This document shows, piece after piece, positions 1 to 19,970 of a stretch of DNA of 64,000 bases. The notes beneath the pieces are model-generated. The model made no database searches, was not told where the DNA came from, and was given only the letters and a program-made list of their open reading frames with translations. The stretch comes from the human T2T-CHM13v2.0 reference genome, Homo sapiens, in the NCBI RefSeq assembly GCF_009914755.1, contig NC_060928.1; one strand, written 5' to 3'. How positions within the stretch are numbered: the stretch's first letter is position 1; every line of letters begins with the position of its first letter. A program made the translations under genes and the position numbers.

Positions 1-729
1 TGTCAATGATTATTGCAAGGTAAGACCACCTGCTATCTGGGCTACTCATCTCAGATAAAACTTAAAGGGAATGAATTCAACATTGAAGTTCTAATTCGTG
101 AGTGATTACATCAGCTTTATTTTAATTATCCGTTTAATAAGTATTTATTAATTCCTAATAAACAAGACATGGTCCTTCCCTAAAGAGCTCATAGTGATGT
201 AGTACAAACAGATGCAAAGAAAATACTGCAATATCACATCCTAAGTCCTGCAATACATTTATGAGCAAGCCAGATGAGAAGCGTGATACGCTTTTGTTCA
301 GGGTTTGGGCATAGAAGGAAAGGCCTCATATCTGAGAGTACGCTAAAGGAGGCAGTAGAAGTGGGGCTGGGACCCAGGAGGATGTCAGTACCAGTTTGGC
401 CTCTCTGATCTTTGGAATATGAAAATAGTAAGTCTCCATGGAAGAGCCTACAAAGAGCTGGGGCTCGGGTTTCCTTACAATACAGCCAGCTTCATTTACA
501 ACCAAGGGTCACTATGCCTTCTAGAAAGAGGCACAGATGTGTAAGGTTGTAGAGCACAACAGGGATCCAGGGAGATATGGAGATAGTGGAATGTGACCTC
601 CTTTTCCTCCCTGGACCACTGTACTTCTAAATGCAGCCTAGAGTAAGAGAAAGGTGTTTTGATCCATTGTCAAAAGCATGGTTTCTTTCTCCCCGTGCTC
701 TTCACTCCAGCTACGCTCATCTCCTTTCG

Positions 730-1135
730 GTTCTTGCAACATACTATGTTCCCAGTCCTCACGGCTCTCGCACATGCTGTTCCTCCTGTCAAGACCATCT
801 TCCCTGCCCCGAAACTCCCCTCAATTCTCACGCACGCTTCACATCTCAGCCTCAACTTCACTCCCTCTGGGACATGCCCTGACCACATTTCTATCTCCCA
901 TATGAAGAGATCAGATTCATCTTTGAGAAGGTCTATACTTCTCTGTACTTTCCTTTCATAGCACTTATAGGTGTTCTGAATCATATATTTAGCTATTGTT
1001 TCCCTTCTCACGGGCTATGGAGCAGTGGCCAAAATATTAACCTATTTTGCTCATGACTGTATATCTACTGACCTGGCAAAGAACCTAGTGCACAGCTTGT
1101 GTTCAAAATATACCTGTTGAGCAAACAAACGAATG
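730..1135 (+). mobile_element. L2 3' fragment (degenerate)
   Basis: Typical L2 3' end wording (acctagtgcacag...aaatatacctgttgagcaaacaaacgaatg). Confidence 0.45.
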
Positions 1136-1519
1136 GACTCTCATTCTCAGTGCAGCAGAAGTAAAGCAAAAGCAAGGGACTGTTTTTTAAGTTAATTGAC
1201 ATATTGTCTTAGTCCCCCTCCAGCTAATTCTTTACACTGATGGAAAATTTATGATGATTAATTTTTAATGAGCTTTTTAAAATTTTAGAGTAGTCTTAAG
1301 TTTACAGAAAAACTCCCACTCCCAGTTTTTCCTGTTATTTACGTCTTACATTAGTACGGTCTAATTGTCACAATTGATGAACCAGTACTGCTGTATTCCT
1401 AATAACCAAAGTCCTTTCTTTATTTGAATTTTCTTAGTTTTTACCTGATGTCCTTTTTCATGTTACAGGACCCTATCCAGAATGCCACAGTCTATTTAGC
1501 GGCCTTATCTCCTCCGGGT

Positions 1520-1813
1520 CTTTTTCTTCTTTTTTGAGACAGAGTCTCACCCTGCCACCTAGGCTAGATTGCAGTGGCAGGACCATAGCTCACTGCAGCC
1601 TCAAATTCCTGAGCTCAAATGATCCTCCCACCTTAGCCTCCTGAGCAGCTAGGACTATAGGCATGAACCACTATGCCAGGCTAATTTTTAAATTATTTGT
1701 AGAGATGGAGACTCCACATGTTGCCCAGGCTGGTCACAAATCCCTGGCCTCGACTGATCCTCCCATCTCGGCTTCCTAAACTGGGATTACACATGTGAGC
1801 CACTGTACCCAGC
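1520..1813 (-). mobile_element. Alu (AluJ-like)
   Basis: Antisense dimeric Alu, heavily diverged, catagctcactgcagcctc wording. Confidence 0.9.
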
Positions 1814-1863
1814 TCAGGCTCTCCTTAACTGTGACAGACTACCTTTGTTTTTGCTAACCTTAA

Positions 1864-2204
<341 letters not shown>

Positions 2205-3097
2205 CATTGGTCACATATTTCAAGGACTGTCTCTCTGCTTGTATTTCCTCATCGATAGACAGAAGTTGCCAGTTTTGGGGAGGAAGGCCACAGAGGGACA
2301 GTGCCATCCTCATGGCACCAACAATATATATTGACAGCACAACTTATCACGGCTGATGTTGTCCTTGACCATCTGGCTGAAGTACTGTTTGTCAGGTGTC
2401 TCCACTGTACAGTTACTAACTTCCCCCTCTTTCCAGATGGAATTCTTTGAAAGGGAGTCATTACACAGCCCACACTTAAGGAGTGGAGAGTTACATTCCA
2501 GCTCCTTCAGGGTATGGTATCTACATCAATTATTTGGAATTCTTCAATATTGGACATTCATCTATTCTCACCCACTTACTTATTATTCGATCAATTATTT
2601 ATATTAGTATAGACTCATGGATATTTATTTTATGCTTTGGGTTATAATACAATACTGCATTTTTTAATCTTATTGCTCAAAAAAAGCCCATTCAGATGGC
2701 TCCTTTGTCCCATGAACATAGGTCAAGTGTTTGTTTGCTTGTCTTTAAAGCATTTTCTTACTTTCTGGTAGAATAAGATGCTCCGGTCTCATCTTGTATA
2801 TTCCCTGCCCCAGCCCTGGAATAGCCATTTCTGCATGGAGCTCTGCTTTATTTTGTTAGAGAGTAGAATTAGAAACTCAGATTTGGGAACTAGATGATGA
2901 CTGCTTTTTAAAACAACTAGTTCAAATTTCAGACTTATTAAATTTATTTTTATGGTGGAGTCAACAACATTGTGTAGATGTTTCCTTAACATCGATATAA
3001 TATTATGCTTTCTTAATGTGCATTTAGTCTTGATTTTATATGCAATAAATAATAATAGGTAGTGCATTAATTTGATTTTTGTGCATGTTTCATTTGT

Positions 3098-3245
3098 ACA
3101 GAGACAAGGTCTAGCTCTGTAGCCCAGGCTGGAGTACAGTGGCACAATCATAGCTCTCTGTAGCCGTGAACTCCTAGAATCAAACGACCCCCCTACCTCA
3201 GACTTCTGAGAAGCTGGTATTACAGGTGCAAGACTGTGCCTGGCT
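3098..3245 (-). mobile_element. Alu monomer (FLAM-like)
   Basis: Single-arm antisense Alu sequence. Confidence 0.8.
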
Positions 3246-4082
3246 GGTAAATTTATCTGTGAAGTTATTGTTGACATGCTCCTTTATTGTGCCTACTTCA
3301 GTGATATCCTTCATTTCTGAATCTCAAATAAAGAACTCAAAATAGACGTGTTAGTTCTTTTCCAATGCGCCCTCTAGTCTATAGTTTCAAATACTCAAAG
3401 GCAAAATTTCTGAAGCAAAATTTCTTGCTTTTTAAGAATGACTTAAGTGTTAAACACTTTTTTTCAAGTGTGTACATCTACTTTTTCATTTTTGCTGTTC
3501 TTTTGATATATCTAACTTGGCAGTTATAGAAAATGTCATCTGAGAAAGAAAAGATCTCTGAACCACTGGCCCCTCTAATGTGGAGCAAAGGAAATTTCTG
3601 TTATAAACAGAGGAAGTCAGATGTTTCCTTTTCTCTAACTTCTAAGAAAATTATTATTGCTAACATCTACTCCCACCTAGGAATAAAAGTAATTTAATTC
3701 AAATCAAAGAAAATTCCTCATCACAGAAATGTATTTGGTTTATCTAGACAAACAGATGATAAACAACGTTCTCATCAACTTGATGGGGATAACTGCTGTT
3801 TGTACATGACATAGGTAAGTATACTTTAATCATTGTGCAGTCTATATTATTTACTTCTGATACAAGGACATGGCTGTATTTTGGAACATATTTGAATCTT
3901 GCAATAACTGGACAGTGAGTCTTTATAAATGACCATAAGGTACTAAAGGCAAACACTTGCACAGGGCTTTATAACTATAGGTGCTTGAGTTTTCTCAGAG
4001 TTTATTGTCCAAATCCAGCACGTTTGAGAAATATTTTCAAATGATACCGATTTTCAAAAACATTTAAAAAAAATTAAAAGTA

Positions 4083-4604
<522 letters not shown>

Positions 4605-6056
4605 CTACTTTTTTTAGACCCAGCAGAAAGCTGAAGTGGTGTGGCAAACCACAACAAGAAAATCTGAGAATCTAGAGGATCACAGATAAGCAGCAGCCAG
4701 TGGAAACACAAACTTGTAGAAATATTTAAGTGGCAATTTTGATGAATTTGTAGACACTGTGTGTGGCCTAGGGTGACAATGAGGAACTTTTGGGAGCCAC
4801 AATCTTGGAAGAGTTTTCACACTTCTGTATGAAACTAACCAGGAAACTAACCAGGCTCTCACTGTGAATATTTAAGAAAAATCCCCTCTGGACTCTGGTA
4901 GGAAAAGTGACAGAGACGTTATTGTGAAATAGTCACAGTGCCTTCTCCATAAAAATGGCCTAGTCTATAGAGAAAAGGATTCACCTTTTTAAGTGAAGGC
5001 TTTCCTCCAACTCTAGCCTTCCTGCTTCACATTGGGCCGGGAAAAAACAAAACAAAACAAAACGAAAAACCATGCCACTGAAGAAACAATTGTGAAAGTC
5101 ACAGCCCTGAGTCACAGATCCACTCAAAGACTGAAATTTAATTGTGAGAGTATAGAACTCATTCCATCTCCCACACCTTACCTCCACACCAATAGGGTTT
5201 CTGTATAATATTAGTGGATTGTTGCTGAAATTGCTGCAAGAAACAGGCGCTCTCTGAGGAGGAGTGGTTAGGAAGCTCAGAGTCAAGAGAGGGGATAAAT
5301 ACAAGAACAATAAAGGATTTGAAGCCTCTGGCACCTAAAGCTAAAGCACATGTCAATCACAGTTCAATACCAACCCTAACGCAAATCCACAAACTAAATG
5401 GCCATTTTCCTCAGTTCCTACTACAAAATACAACACATCTAGCTTTCACCAAAAATTACAAAGCATACCAGAAAAAGGAAATAACCAAGCAAACAATGAA
5501 AAACACAATCTGAAGAAACAAAGCAAGCATCAGAAGCAGACTCAGATGTCAAACAAATGCCGGACTCATCAGATCAGGAATTTAAAACAGCCACAATTAA
5601 TATGTTAAGATCTCTAATGAAAAAAATTGACAACATGCAATAACAGATGAGTAATGTAAGCAGAGAAATGAAAGATCTAAGAATCAAAAGAAAATGGTAA
5701 AAGTCAAAAAGATGTTAACAGAATAAAGAATGCCTTTGATTGACTCATCAGTAGAATCGGGCCTTGCCAAAGAATTAGGGAGATTGAAGATAGAACAATA
5801 GAATCTGTCCAAACTGAGATTTAAAGAGAAAAAAGATTGAAAAAAAAAAAAAAAAACCAGAATAGAACATTTAAAAACCATGAGTCAATTTCAAACTATC
5901 TAAAACACATGTAATTGGAACAAAAGAAGGAGAAGAAATAGAATGGAGCAGAAGAAATATCTGAAGTAATAATGATCAAGAACTTTCCAAGGTTAATGAC
6001 ACACTTCAAACCACAGATCCAGAAAGGTTAGAGAACACCAAGAAAATAAATATCAA

Positions 6057-6840
<784 letters not shown>

Positions 6841-7515
6841 AAACTATGCAAGAAGAGGGTATCATGAAGTGTTGAAAGAAAAAACCTGCCAGTCTGGAAT
6901 TATATATTTAAAAAATTTAACCTTCACAAATGAAAGAGAAATGAAGACTTTCTTAGACAAACGAAAACCGAAAGGATTCATTGCCATCAGAACTATCCTG
7001 TAAGACATGTAAGAAGTTATTCAGGGAGAGAGAAAGTGATGCAAGTCAGAACTTGGATCTACATAAATAAAGGACAGGTTGGAGAAAAAATTTAGAAAGT
7101 TTTTTTTCTCTTTTTCTTAAAATAATTGAGCTAAAAGATTAACTATTTAAAGTAACATTCTATCAATGCAATGAGTAATTATGGAATATGCATCAATGAC
7201 AAGAATGACATTGATGTCATAGGGATAGGAGGGAAGAATTGGGAATATTCTGTTATATGGCACCTACACTAACATGAAGTGGTAAAGTGTTACTTAAAGG
7301 TAAACCCAAATTAGTTAAAAATGTATGTTGGAAACTCAAGAGCAACTACTAACACATTTTTAAAAGAAATATGATATACCAAGATAGGAGGAAAAATGGA
7401 ATCATGTAAAATGCTCATTAAAACCAGAAAAGGCAGAAAAGAGGAGGAAAAGACAGAATAAAAAAATGTAATGAACAGAAAACAATGAAAACATGGTGGA
7501 TATTAATTCCAACTA

Positions 7516-10213
<2,698 letters not shown>

Positions 10214-11044
10214 TATATCAAGAAACACCTTAAATGTGAATTATATAAATATACTAATTAAATACAGTGATTGTCAGAGTAAATGTTTTTAAAAACCCAA
10301 CTATGTTGTCTATAAGAAACCCACTTTAAATATAAAGACAAATACAGGTTAAACATTAAGTGATAGAGGAAGATATACCATGTTAACACTAGTCAAAGAA
10401 AGCTGTAACTGCTATATTAATTTCATATAAGGCAGACTTCAGTATGGGGAAATTATCAGAGATACAGTGGCCTTAGATCATGTTAGAAGGGTCAATTCTT
10501 CATGAAGGTGGAACAATCCTAAAGTTGAATGTACAGAAGACAGCATCAAAATATATAAGGCAAAATATGACAGAACTGAAAGGAAAAATAGACAACAGAT
10601 TGTTGAAGACTTCAACATCTTTATTTTGGTACTTAACAGATTAAGGAAGCAGAACATCAATAAGGATATGGTTAACCCTAAATAGATTAACCCCATTAAT
10701 TAGATTAATTTAATCGTATTGACATTTATAAAAGAATCTATTCAAAAATAACAAGTATACACTCTTTGTAAGGCTCTGTAGACCATACAACCAAAATAAA
10801 ACACATTCTTGGCCACAAAACACACACTAAAAGGTTTAAAAGAATATAAATAATAGAGCAGATGCTCCTAGACAAAAATAAAATTAAACTAGAAACTAAT
10901 AACAGAAAGGTCGCTGGAAATTCCCCCAAATATTTGGAAATTAAACAATACATTTCCAAATATGATGAGTCGTGTAAGTCTCAAATGAAATTTAAAAATA
11001 TTTTTAACTAAATGAAAATGAAAGCTAACTTACCAAAATTTGTT

Positions 11045-11390
11045 TAGTCTGTGGAATACTACTTAGTCATAAAATGAAATGAAATAATGGCTGTTGCAGC
11101 AACCTGGATGGAGTTGGAGGCCTTTATTCTAAGTGAAATAACTCAGGAATGGAAAACCAAATATTGTATGTTCTCACTTGTAAGTGGGAGCTAAGCTATG
11201 AGGACGCAAAGGCATAAGAATGTTATAAGGGATTTGGGAGAGAAGTAGGAGATAAAAAAAACTACATATTGGATACAGTGTATACCCCGTGGGTGATGGG
11301 TGCACCAAAATCTCAGAAATCACCACGAAATAACTTATTCATATAACCAAAAATGACATGTTCTCCAAAAACTATCGAAAATTTTTTAAA
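11045..11390 (+). mobile_element. L1PB-like 3' end fragment nested in the older L1 ORF2
   Basis: gcagcaacctggatggagttggagg...gtgggagctaagctatgaggacgcaaaggcataagaatg...aaaatctcagaaatcaccac. Confidence 0.8.
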
Positions 11391-12072
11391 AAATGTGTAG
11401 TAAGGTGAAAGCATGCTTAGACAGAAATTTATACCATTAAATTCATATATTTAGATAAGAAAAATGATTTAAAATAAATAATCTAAGCTTCTATATTAGG
11501 AAGCTGAAGAAAGAAGGGAAATTTAAGCCTAGATCAAGAAGAAATGGAATAATAAAAATTAGTGGCGATATTAATAAACTGATGAAACATTAAAGTCGAT
11601 AAAACCAAAAGCTGATCTTTAAAAAGACAAAGTTGAAAATCTCCCTAACCAGTCTAATGAAGACAAAAACATTGAAGACACAAATTACTAATATCAGAAA
11701 TAAAAGAAGGTTTATAGTTACTGATCTTGTGGACATTAAAAGTAATAATGGAATATTATGAATAACTCTATGCCCAAAGTATGGATATACTTAAATAAAA
11801 TGGGCCAGTTTCATCTAACATATAACTTAGATGAGGTGGATAGATTCCTGGAAGGACAAATTACCAAAATTTCACACAAGGAAGGATAAATACATAACAT
11901 GATGGGCCTTTATCTATTAAATAAGTTTAATAAATAATTGATAACCTTCAAAAAAGAAATTACCATGCCTAGATGGCTAATTCCATCAAACATTTAAGAA
12001 ATAAATGATAACAATTCTCTACAAACTCTTTCAGATAATAGAAGCAGAAGGGGTACCTCCTAACTCATTCTA

Positions 12073-12407
<335 letters not shown>

Positions 12408-14773
12408 AGACACTTCAAGAAGGGAAAACTATAGACCAAAGTGTATAGGATACAAACAGGATATTCTGTATAGGATTTTAGAAAAGAAACAAATATTACA
12501 TTAAAACAAAGAATATGAATAAACTATGGAATTTAGTTAAAATAATTTATCAATAGCAGTTCATTGATTTGTACCAAATATACTATATGTAAAATGTTAA
12601 TAATAGGGAAAGCTGTGTGTACGGTATATGGGAACTCTTTATACTAATTTCTGATTTTTTCTGTAAATATATAACTGTTTTTTAAGATAAAGTATTTTTA
12701 AAAATAATCTTGACACTGGAAAAAAATGAATGAACAAAATGAAAAGATGAGTCTCAGACTGGGAGAAAATACTTACAGATGATATATCTGACAGTACTAC
12801 TTGCTGGTGAGGATGCAGAGCAACAGAAACTCTTTTTTATTGCTGATTGCAATTCAAAATGTTACATCCACTTTGGAAAACAGTTGGCAGTTTCTTACAA
12901 AAATAAACATAATCTTTCTATGCCATCCTGTAATTGCATTCCTATGTACTCAACCAACTGAATTGAAAATTTAGGTTCACATAAAAACTGCATGTGAACA
13001 TTTGTAGATACTTTATTCATAATCACCAAAAACTGGAAGCAACCAAAATGTTCTTTTAGAAGTTAATGGATAAACAAACTGTGGTCCATCCTGAATACTA
13101 TGGAACATTATTCAGCAATAACAAGACATGAGCTATCAAACAAACAAATAAAAAACACATAGCTGAATCTTAAACACAAATTGCTAAATGAAACAAATCA
13201 GTCTGTATCAAGCTACATACCGCGTGGGTTCAATTATATGGCATTGTGGGAAAGGCAAAACTACAGAAACAGTAAAAACATCAATTGCTTCTGGGGGAAG
13301 GTTGCATAGGTGAAACACAGGGGACTTTCAGAGCTGGTTATATGATAGTGTAATAGAGAATGCATGGCAACACGCATTTTCACTAAGAATTTTACAGCAC
13401 AGAGAGGGAACCTTAATGTATGCAAATTAACATAAAATTATTTATGAGGGTGAGGGATCCCAGAATGGAATGCACAAAATGACACAATAATCTAACTGTA
13501 TCACAAATGTATGAAAAGGCTTCACTGAATGAGGTCGGGAAAACAGGTGTTGACCTAAGTAACTCTGCCTGGAAATGAGTAGACTGTAAGACTAGGCAAA
13601 AGAAACTACATAAACACTGTACTTTAGTTGATAAAGCTTTTTTTTTTTTTATGGGGATACAGATTACTAATACTGCAATTGAGCAATAAAGCAAATGAAT
13701 GGCAGTTTGTTCCTGCCATTTTTCTCTCTTATTGGTTACAATAAGCAAAGGAAAGGGGCTAGAATAATCCATGTGGTAACGGATTAGAATCAGAGACAGC
13801 ACTAGGAACTCATGTTTAACTGAATATAGATACAGATGACTAACTATGGAATTATTAATAGATACAGGTATATACAGTGGTTAGTAAGCACACATATATT
13901 TCCTTGTTGTGTCAGCTGAGGGGCCTAAAAGCAACAAACAAACCTAGTAGCAACAAACAAAACTAGTGCCCAGATTTTGGATCCTAATATCATTCCTCAA
14001 TAAAGAGCAACCAAGGCTCCTTGGAGATGCTTGAATCTAGGACTGCAGCAGAAAATATACAACATTACAACATTAGCTTGTAGCAGCTTCTACTGTCAAT
14101 AAGTAAGGAAGTACTCACAAAACATTATAACAAATGTATGGTCAAGGGACAAAGCTGGAAAATTTTGAGCAACAGAATAAATAGAGTAGTATCGGATTAT
14201 ACCCAAAATATAAAATACATATGGATGAGTCCATGCTGATATAAATAATAGATCGAATAAGTGAATAAATGGAGGAGGAAAAAGCAAATTTTCCTACAGT
14301 ATTTCAAATAATTGATGTAGATACTCCAGCCTCAAAGAAGTGCAGCTTATTTCCTCAGTCTTTAAGTGTGGCTGCACATAGTGACATCATCTCAAACTAG
14401 AAAGTATGGAAAGGGGGAGAAGAGTAAATTTTCAGTGGAGAAACCGGACCAACGCTACCTCAATCAGGTGATCAAGGTTAAGATCAACAGGATGTACCCT
14501 TGATACGATGTCATGACAATGGCACTTTACCTCTGAGATTCTTTCCAGAAACACGTAACCCTCAATCTAATCATGAGTAACGTATCAGACAAATGAAAAC
14601 GAGGACCATTCTACAAAATACCTGCCCAGTAATTTTTGAAGCTTTCAAAGTCATTAAAAAAGGGAAAGTCTGAAAAACTGTCAAACCCAAAACAAACTTA
14701 AAGAGACATGACTAAATTTAATGCAGTATCCTGGAACAGGAAAAGAAAACAGACAGTTAAAAGCTAAGGAAAT

Positions 14774-15099
<326 letters not shown>

Positions 15100-15601
15100 T
15101 TAATGTGTCAACATTGGTTCATTAATTATATCAAATATACAATATTGATGTCAGATGTAAATAATAGGAGAAATTTGGTGTGGAGTACATCAGAACTCTG
15201 TACTATCTTTGCTAGTTTTCTGTAAAACCTAAACCTGTTCTAAAATAAAAAGTTGATTTAAAAATAGCATAAGTAACATGTAATATAAATGTAACTGGTA
15301 TAGTTTCACCAGCTTCAGTCAATTTCTTATCTATTTTGGCTTCTATTATGTAACTGGATGCTTTTTAAAGAATTTGCCTTTATAATACATTATTCTTACA
15401 TTTAATTATTTATGAAATTACCTACAAACTACCTCAAAATATCAATTTATGGTCTGGGCACATGTCTTTACCAGCTAGTGCCTTCATAGCTTCCTTGAAA
15501 GAAAGATATCAATCATTTTGCATCTGAAAACAGATAAATTGCCTTTCAGATTTATCTACATGTTAAAATAAATTTTTTTTTTTTTTTGGCAATAGGACAC
15601 A

Positions 15602-15960
15602 TGTATTAGTCTGTTCTCACACTGTTAATAAAGACATACCCAAGACTGGTTAATTTATAAAGGAAAGAGGTTTAATTGACTCACAGTTCCACATGGCTGA
15701 GGAGGCCTCACAATCATTGTGGAAGAGCAAGGGATGTCTTACATGTTGGCAGGCAAGACAGAACTTATGCAGGGGAACTCCCCTTTATAAAACCATCAGA
15801 TCTCGTAAGACTTATTCATTACCACAAGAACAGCACGGGAAACACCTGGCCACATGATTCAATTACCTTTCAGCAGGTCCCTCCCTCCCATGACACATGG
15901 GAATTGTGGGAGCTACAATTCAAGATGAGATTTGGGTGGGGACACGGGTAAGCTATATCA
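15602..15960 (-). mobile_element. THE1 solo LTR (ERVL-MaLR)
   Basis: tgtattagtctgttctcac...aaagacatacccaagactgg...gagatttgggtggggacac...tatca, ~360 bp. Confidence 0.92.
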
Positions 15961-16183
15961 ATACACATCACTGTCACGAAGCATAGCAGAAGCTGTAAAC
16001 ACAAAGTGGAGGTCTGGCACATTATAATGATTTGTGATCATTATAATGCAACTACTACTAATAACACTGTATTTCAAAATATTAAAAAATCTCAACAAAG
16101 GCTAATCCAGATGTGACAACCGAACAACAGGCATAAATAAAAATGATCACATGTAAAGTGTGACATTCCTGGGTAAACCAGAA

Positions 16184-16715
16184 CAGTTATGCATCATTTA
16201 TCAATAGGGATATGTTCTGAGGAATGCATTCTTAGTCAATTTTATGATCATGCAAACATCATAGAATGTACTTAGACAAATCTAGATGGTATAGATTACC
16301 ACATACCTAGGCTAGATGGGATAGCCCATTTTTTCCCAGACTACAAACATGTACAGCATGTTACTCTACTGAATACTATGGGCAACTGTAACACAACAGT
16401 AAGGATTTGTATACTTAAACATATAGAAACACATCTAAACATAGAAAAGGTACAGTAAAAATATGTAAAAGATAAAAACTGGTACCATGAATCGAGGTAT
16501 ATTGCAGGCCAGGAAGGTGCTCTGGGAGAGTTGGCGAGTGAGTAGTGAGTGAATGTGAAAGCCTAGGACATGACTATGCTACTGTAGACTTTACAAACAC
16601 TGTATGCTTAGGCCACACTAAATTTATTTAAATTTTTTTCTTTCTTCATTAACACATTAATCTTAGCTTACCGTAACTTTTTAGTTTATAAACTTCTTAT
16701 TAAAACATTTTTACT
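16184..16715 (+). mobile_element. Tigger3-family fragment (5' half)
   Basis: cagttatgcatcattta...gggatatgttctgaggaatgc...aacatcatagaatgtactta resembles the Tigger3 left end. Confidence 0.75.
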
Positions 16716-16719
16716 TCAA

Positions 16720-17048
16720 GTTTGAAGGTCTGAGAGTGAGGGGTTGGGTTGGGGTGGTGGGCAGGTAATGGTATAAGTCCCAGTCTAAGTGTAAAAGCCC
16801 AAGGAGTTCTGATATCTCAGGGCAGAAGATGGATGTCCCAGCTCAAGGAGAGAGAGAGAATTCGCCCCTCCATCACAGAGTGTGCCCACTCTCACACTGA
16901 TGAGAGCAACCTTCTTTACTCAGTCTACCAATCCAAATGCTAATCTCTTCCAGAAACACCCTCACAGCCACACCCAGAAATAATATTTTACCAGCAATAT
17001 GGGCATCTTTTGCCAAGTCAAGTTGACACAAAAAAATTAACCATCACG
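16720..17048 (-). mobile_element. MLT2-family LTR fragment (ERVL)
   Basis: tgctaatctcttccagaaacaccctcacag...caagttgacac...attaaccatcac terminus. Confidence 0.8.
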
Positions 17049-17363
17049 TCATTGTCTATTTGCAGTTGATGAATTTCTTTAAAATCGTGATATTCTAACC
17101 ATACGATTAGATTTCCGGAGAAGAGATTGAACATTTTAATAAAATGGCAAATTAGGTTCAGAGAAAAGGAAAATATAAAGAATATGTTTGATTTTCATGT
17201 TCTGTATATAGCACAAAATGAAAGGATAACATTATGAGACCATAAATGTTGCAAATGACATAATGGTTAACGTGTCTATGACAAAACAGCCTGGGGAACA
17301 TTCACCAAAAACTCATGCAACGTGGAATTTACATAGAAACTGTTCAGTTATTGACAAATATAG

Positions 17364-17821
17364 TATAGTGTGTTGAATTGTGGCTCCCCAAAAATATTTC
17401 CACCAGGAACATCAGAATGTGACCTTATTTGGAATAAGGATATTTGCATATATCATTAAGGTAAGGATCTGGAGATGAAATCATCCTGGATTAAGGTGGC
17501 CCCTAAATTTAACAATGAGAGTTTATGAGAAACTTAAACAGAGAAGCTATGGAGACATAGAGGGAAGGTCATGTGAAGATGGAGACAGGGACTAGAGTGG
17601 GGCAACTCTAAGCCAGTGAATACCAAGCATTGCCAGCAGCATCGGAAGCTCGGAGGGAGGCTCAGAAAGGATTCTCCCTCAGAGTCTCCAGCGGGAATCA
17701 AACCTGGAGATACCTTGATTTCAGAATACTGGGCTTCTGAACTGTGAAAGAAGAAATTTCTGTTCTTTAAAGCCACCAAGTGCACGGTAATTTGTTACAG
17801 TGGCCCTAAGAAACTAATACA
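17364..17821 (+). mobile_element. MLT1 (MLT1B/C-like) solo LTR
   Basis: gaatgtgaccttatttggaataagg...tttgttacagtggccctaagaaactaataca. Confidence 0.85.
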
Positions 17822-19111
17822 AATAATGATTTTCATGGAATGGTTTATAGATTTAAGATTCTCTAGCAGCTATCCTAAGGTGGAATGGAATATGAGTGAA
17901 GTCACATAGTCATTAAGAAAAGACCTACATTTATCTTGCTGTCTTTAAATATCCAAAACAAGAGGCTGTTCTAATGGAGATTTTCAGTTATCTTAAGGCT
18001 AATACTCACTTGATTAAATTAAGTTGACTAAGATGAATGCTGGGGATCTGAATAACTCAATTTTGCTATCTGTACAGCCTAAGCATTTGTATAATTGTGA
18101 TATCTCCCTTTTTGTGTTGTGATGAGTAAACTTGGCCTCTTCAAATGGTGAGATTCATGCCCTATGACCTAAACAAGTTACAGCTTTCTGATAATTGCTT
18201 TATTACCAGTAAAATAAGCATTTATGCAAACTTTCCATACTAGTGATAGGCATTTATATAGGTATTTATTTTCACTATCAATTTCTGACTACAGAAGTGG
18301 GAAATGTGCAGAAAACCTGAAATTAGATAGAGAACACTTGAAAAATGAGTTAGAGCTTTTCCTAAAATTACAGAAAGCATTCTTTCTTTCCTTACAGCAA
18401 TTAAAAAGTAAGTAGATGAATTCCAAAGGTTTATATGACTAGTCAATCTACTAGGAAATTTAAATAATCCTTAAGAGACTTCAAATGTAAGAAGGTACAA
18501 TGATTTAGAAGAATTTATTTCACTTACTTATGTAATAAAACCAAGGTTAAAGTTAGCAAGATCTAAAAATAAAGTTTATACTGAAAGACTCAAAATTTAG
18601 ATTAAGTTATAAATCCTATTTTAATTAATATTTTATCAACTCGTTATAGTTGCCCTTGTTCTTTTACCAAAGTATAACATTTTTAAAGAAATGAAAAATT
18701 TAGAATATGCTTCTTCTTGAATTAATGTTCCTAATAGTCACTGTTGCTTGAACTGCTCTTCCCCTCTGAAAGAGATGTGTTAAAAAAAAAGTGTACAAAG
18801 TCTGTGTATTTATTCTGTATAGTTGAAAGAATGTCTATTGGAAGAATTGTCTACCTGTGAAAAGATTGAATGATAAGACAAGTTTTACCCTATAAATCCT
18901 TTTTTCTTTTTTTATTTACTCATCTTAACTCCAAAAATAAAACAAACATTATTTGCAGAAGGAAAGCAGATAGCTAATGAGATAAAAATGTTCCCTCCGC
19001 TTCAGTGTGGTTAAAGTAGGTAATATCATCAGATAGCTCATTAAAAGTGCCTGGACATTGGCCATTTACTTTCCATGGCCTGTAGGCTCTAAATATTGTT
19101 CTGTAAAAGGG

Positions 19112-19154
19112 ATACAAGTAAGATTGGAAGTCCAATACAAGTAAGATTGGAAGT
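19112..19154. repeat. 20-bp direct repeat with 3-bp spacer
   Basis: atacaagtaagattggaagt-cca-atacaagtaagattggaagt. Confidence 0.9.
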
Positions 19155-19970
19155 AAGTCTGTTCTTACATGTTTCATCTCTGACTTACATGACAAACTTC
19201 AAGGATAGCAGATATGAAATATTTGGGGCTTCTTAATAGTATTTGTTGAATTATCAAAATGCACAAAACTACAATTAAAGTTTATTCATACAGTCATGTT
19301 TTCTTATGAGCTTTTTCCTTGTCTTCTTGGTTCCCTTTATTCTAATACCTAACTTAATTATGTGTGGATTTTAAGAAGTTCTTAATTTTTGTGTTTACGT
19401 TCATTGTTGGTATTGTTTGACAGGTTACTATTGCAGTAAGAATTTTACTCTTTTCCTCCTAAAACACATCATGAGACTTTAAAAAGAATCGGAATCAAGC
19501 GAAAAACATCTGATTTTCTGAAATTTGAAGATACCAATCTTAGAAAACTTTAGTAAATACAATCATACCCTCATACCCTATTCTCTAGTCACCAAATCAC
19601 TCCTCACCCTTCCCTTCCACACATTCAACAAATCTTAACATTAGAAACTCCTAATCTGCATCAGTCACTATGCTGGCACTCTGTATGACTTCACACATTT
19701 AGCCTCTCTGAGCTTCAATTTCCTAATCTGTAAAATTGGACTATTTATACTTCTATTTGGAAAATTACTAGACAGCACAGAATTCTCAATTGAAACATCA
19801 ACTCTTCAAAATTATTCATGGCCCTTTATGAGTTCCCAAAGCACCCTCTGAGCATTTCTATATCATTTGTATCATTGTGCTGCAATTATTTTTCAAATTT
19901 CCTGTCCACCTCCAGACTGTGAAGTCCTGGGGAACCACGATTAGATCACAGTTTTAAAAAATCCCCAGTG

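Noticed and set aside
13931-13968. Short two-copy direct repeats (also ~4831-4854, ~27445-27467, ~57492-57531, ~61001-61030)
   Set aside because: Ordinary slippage duplications; no spacer-repeat array, so not CRISPR-like
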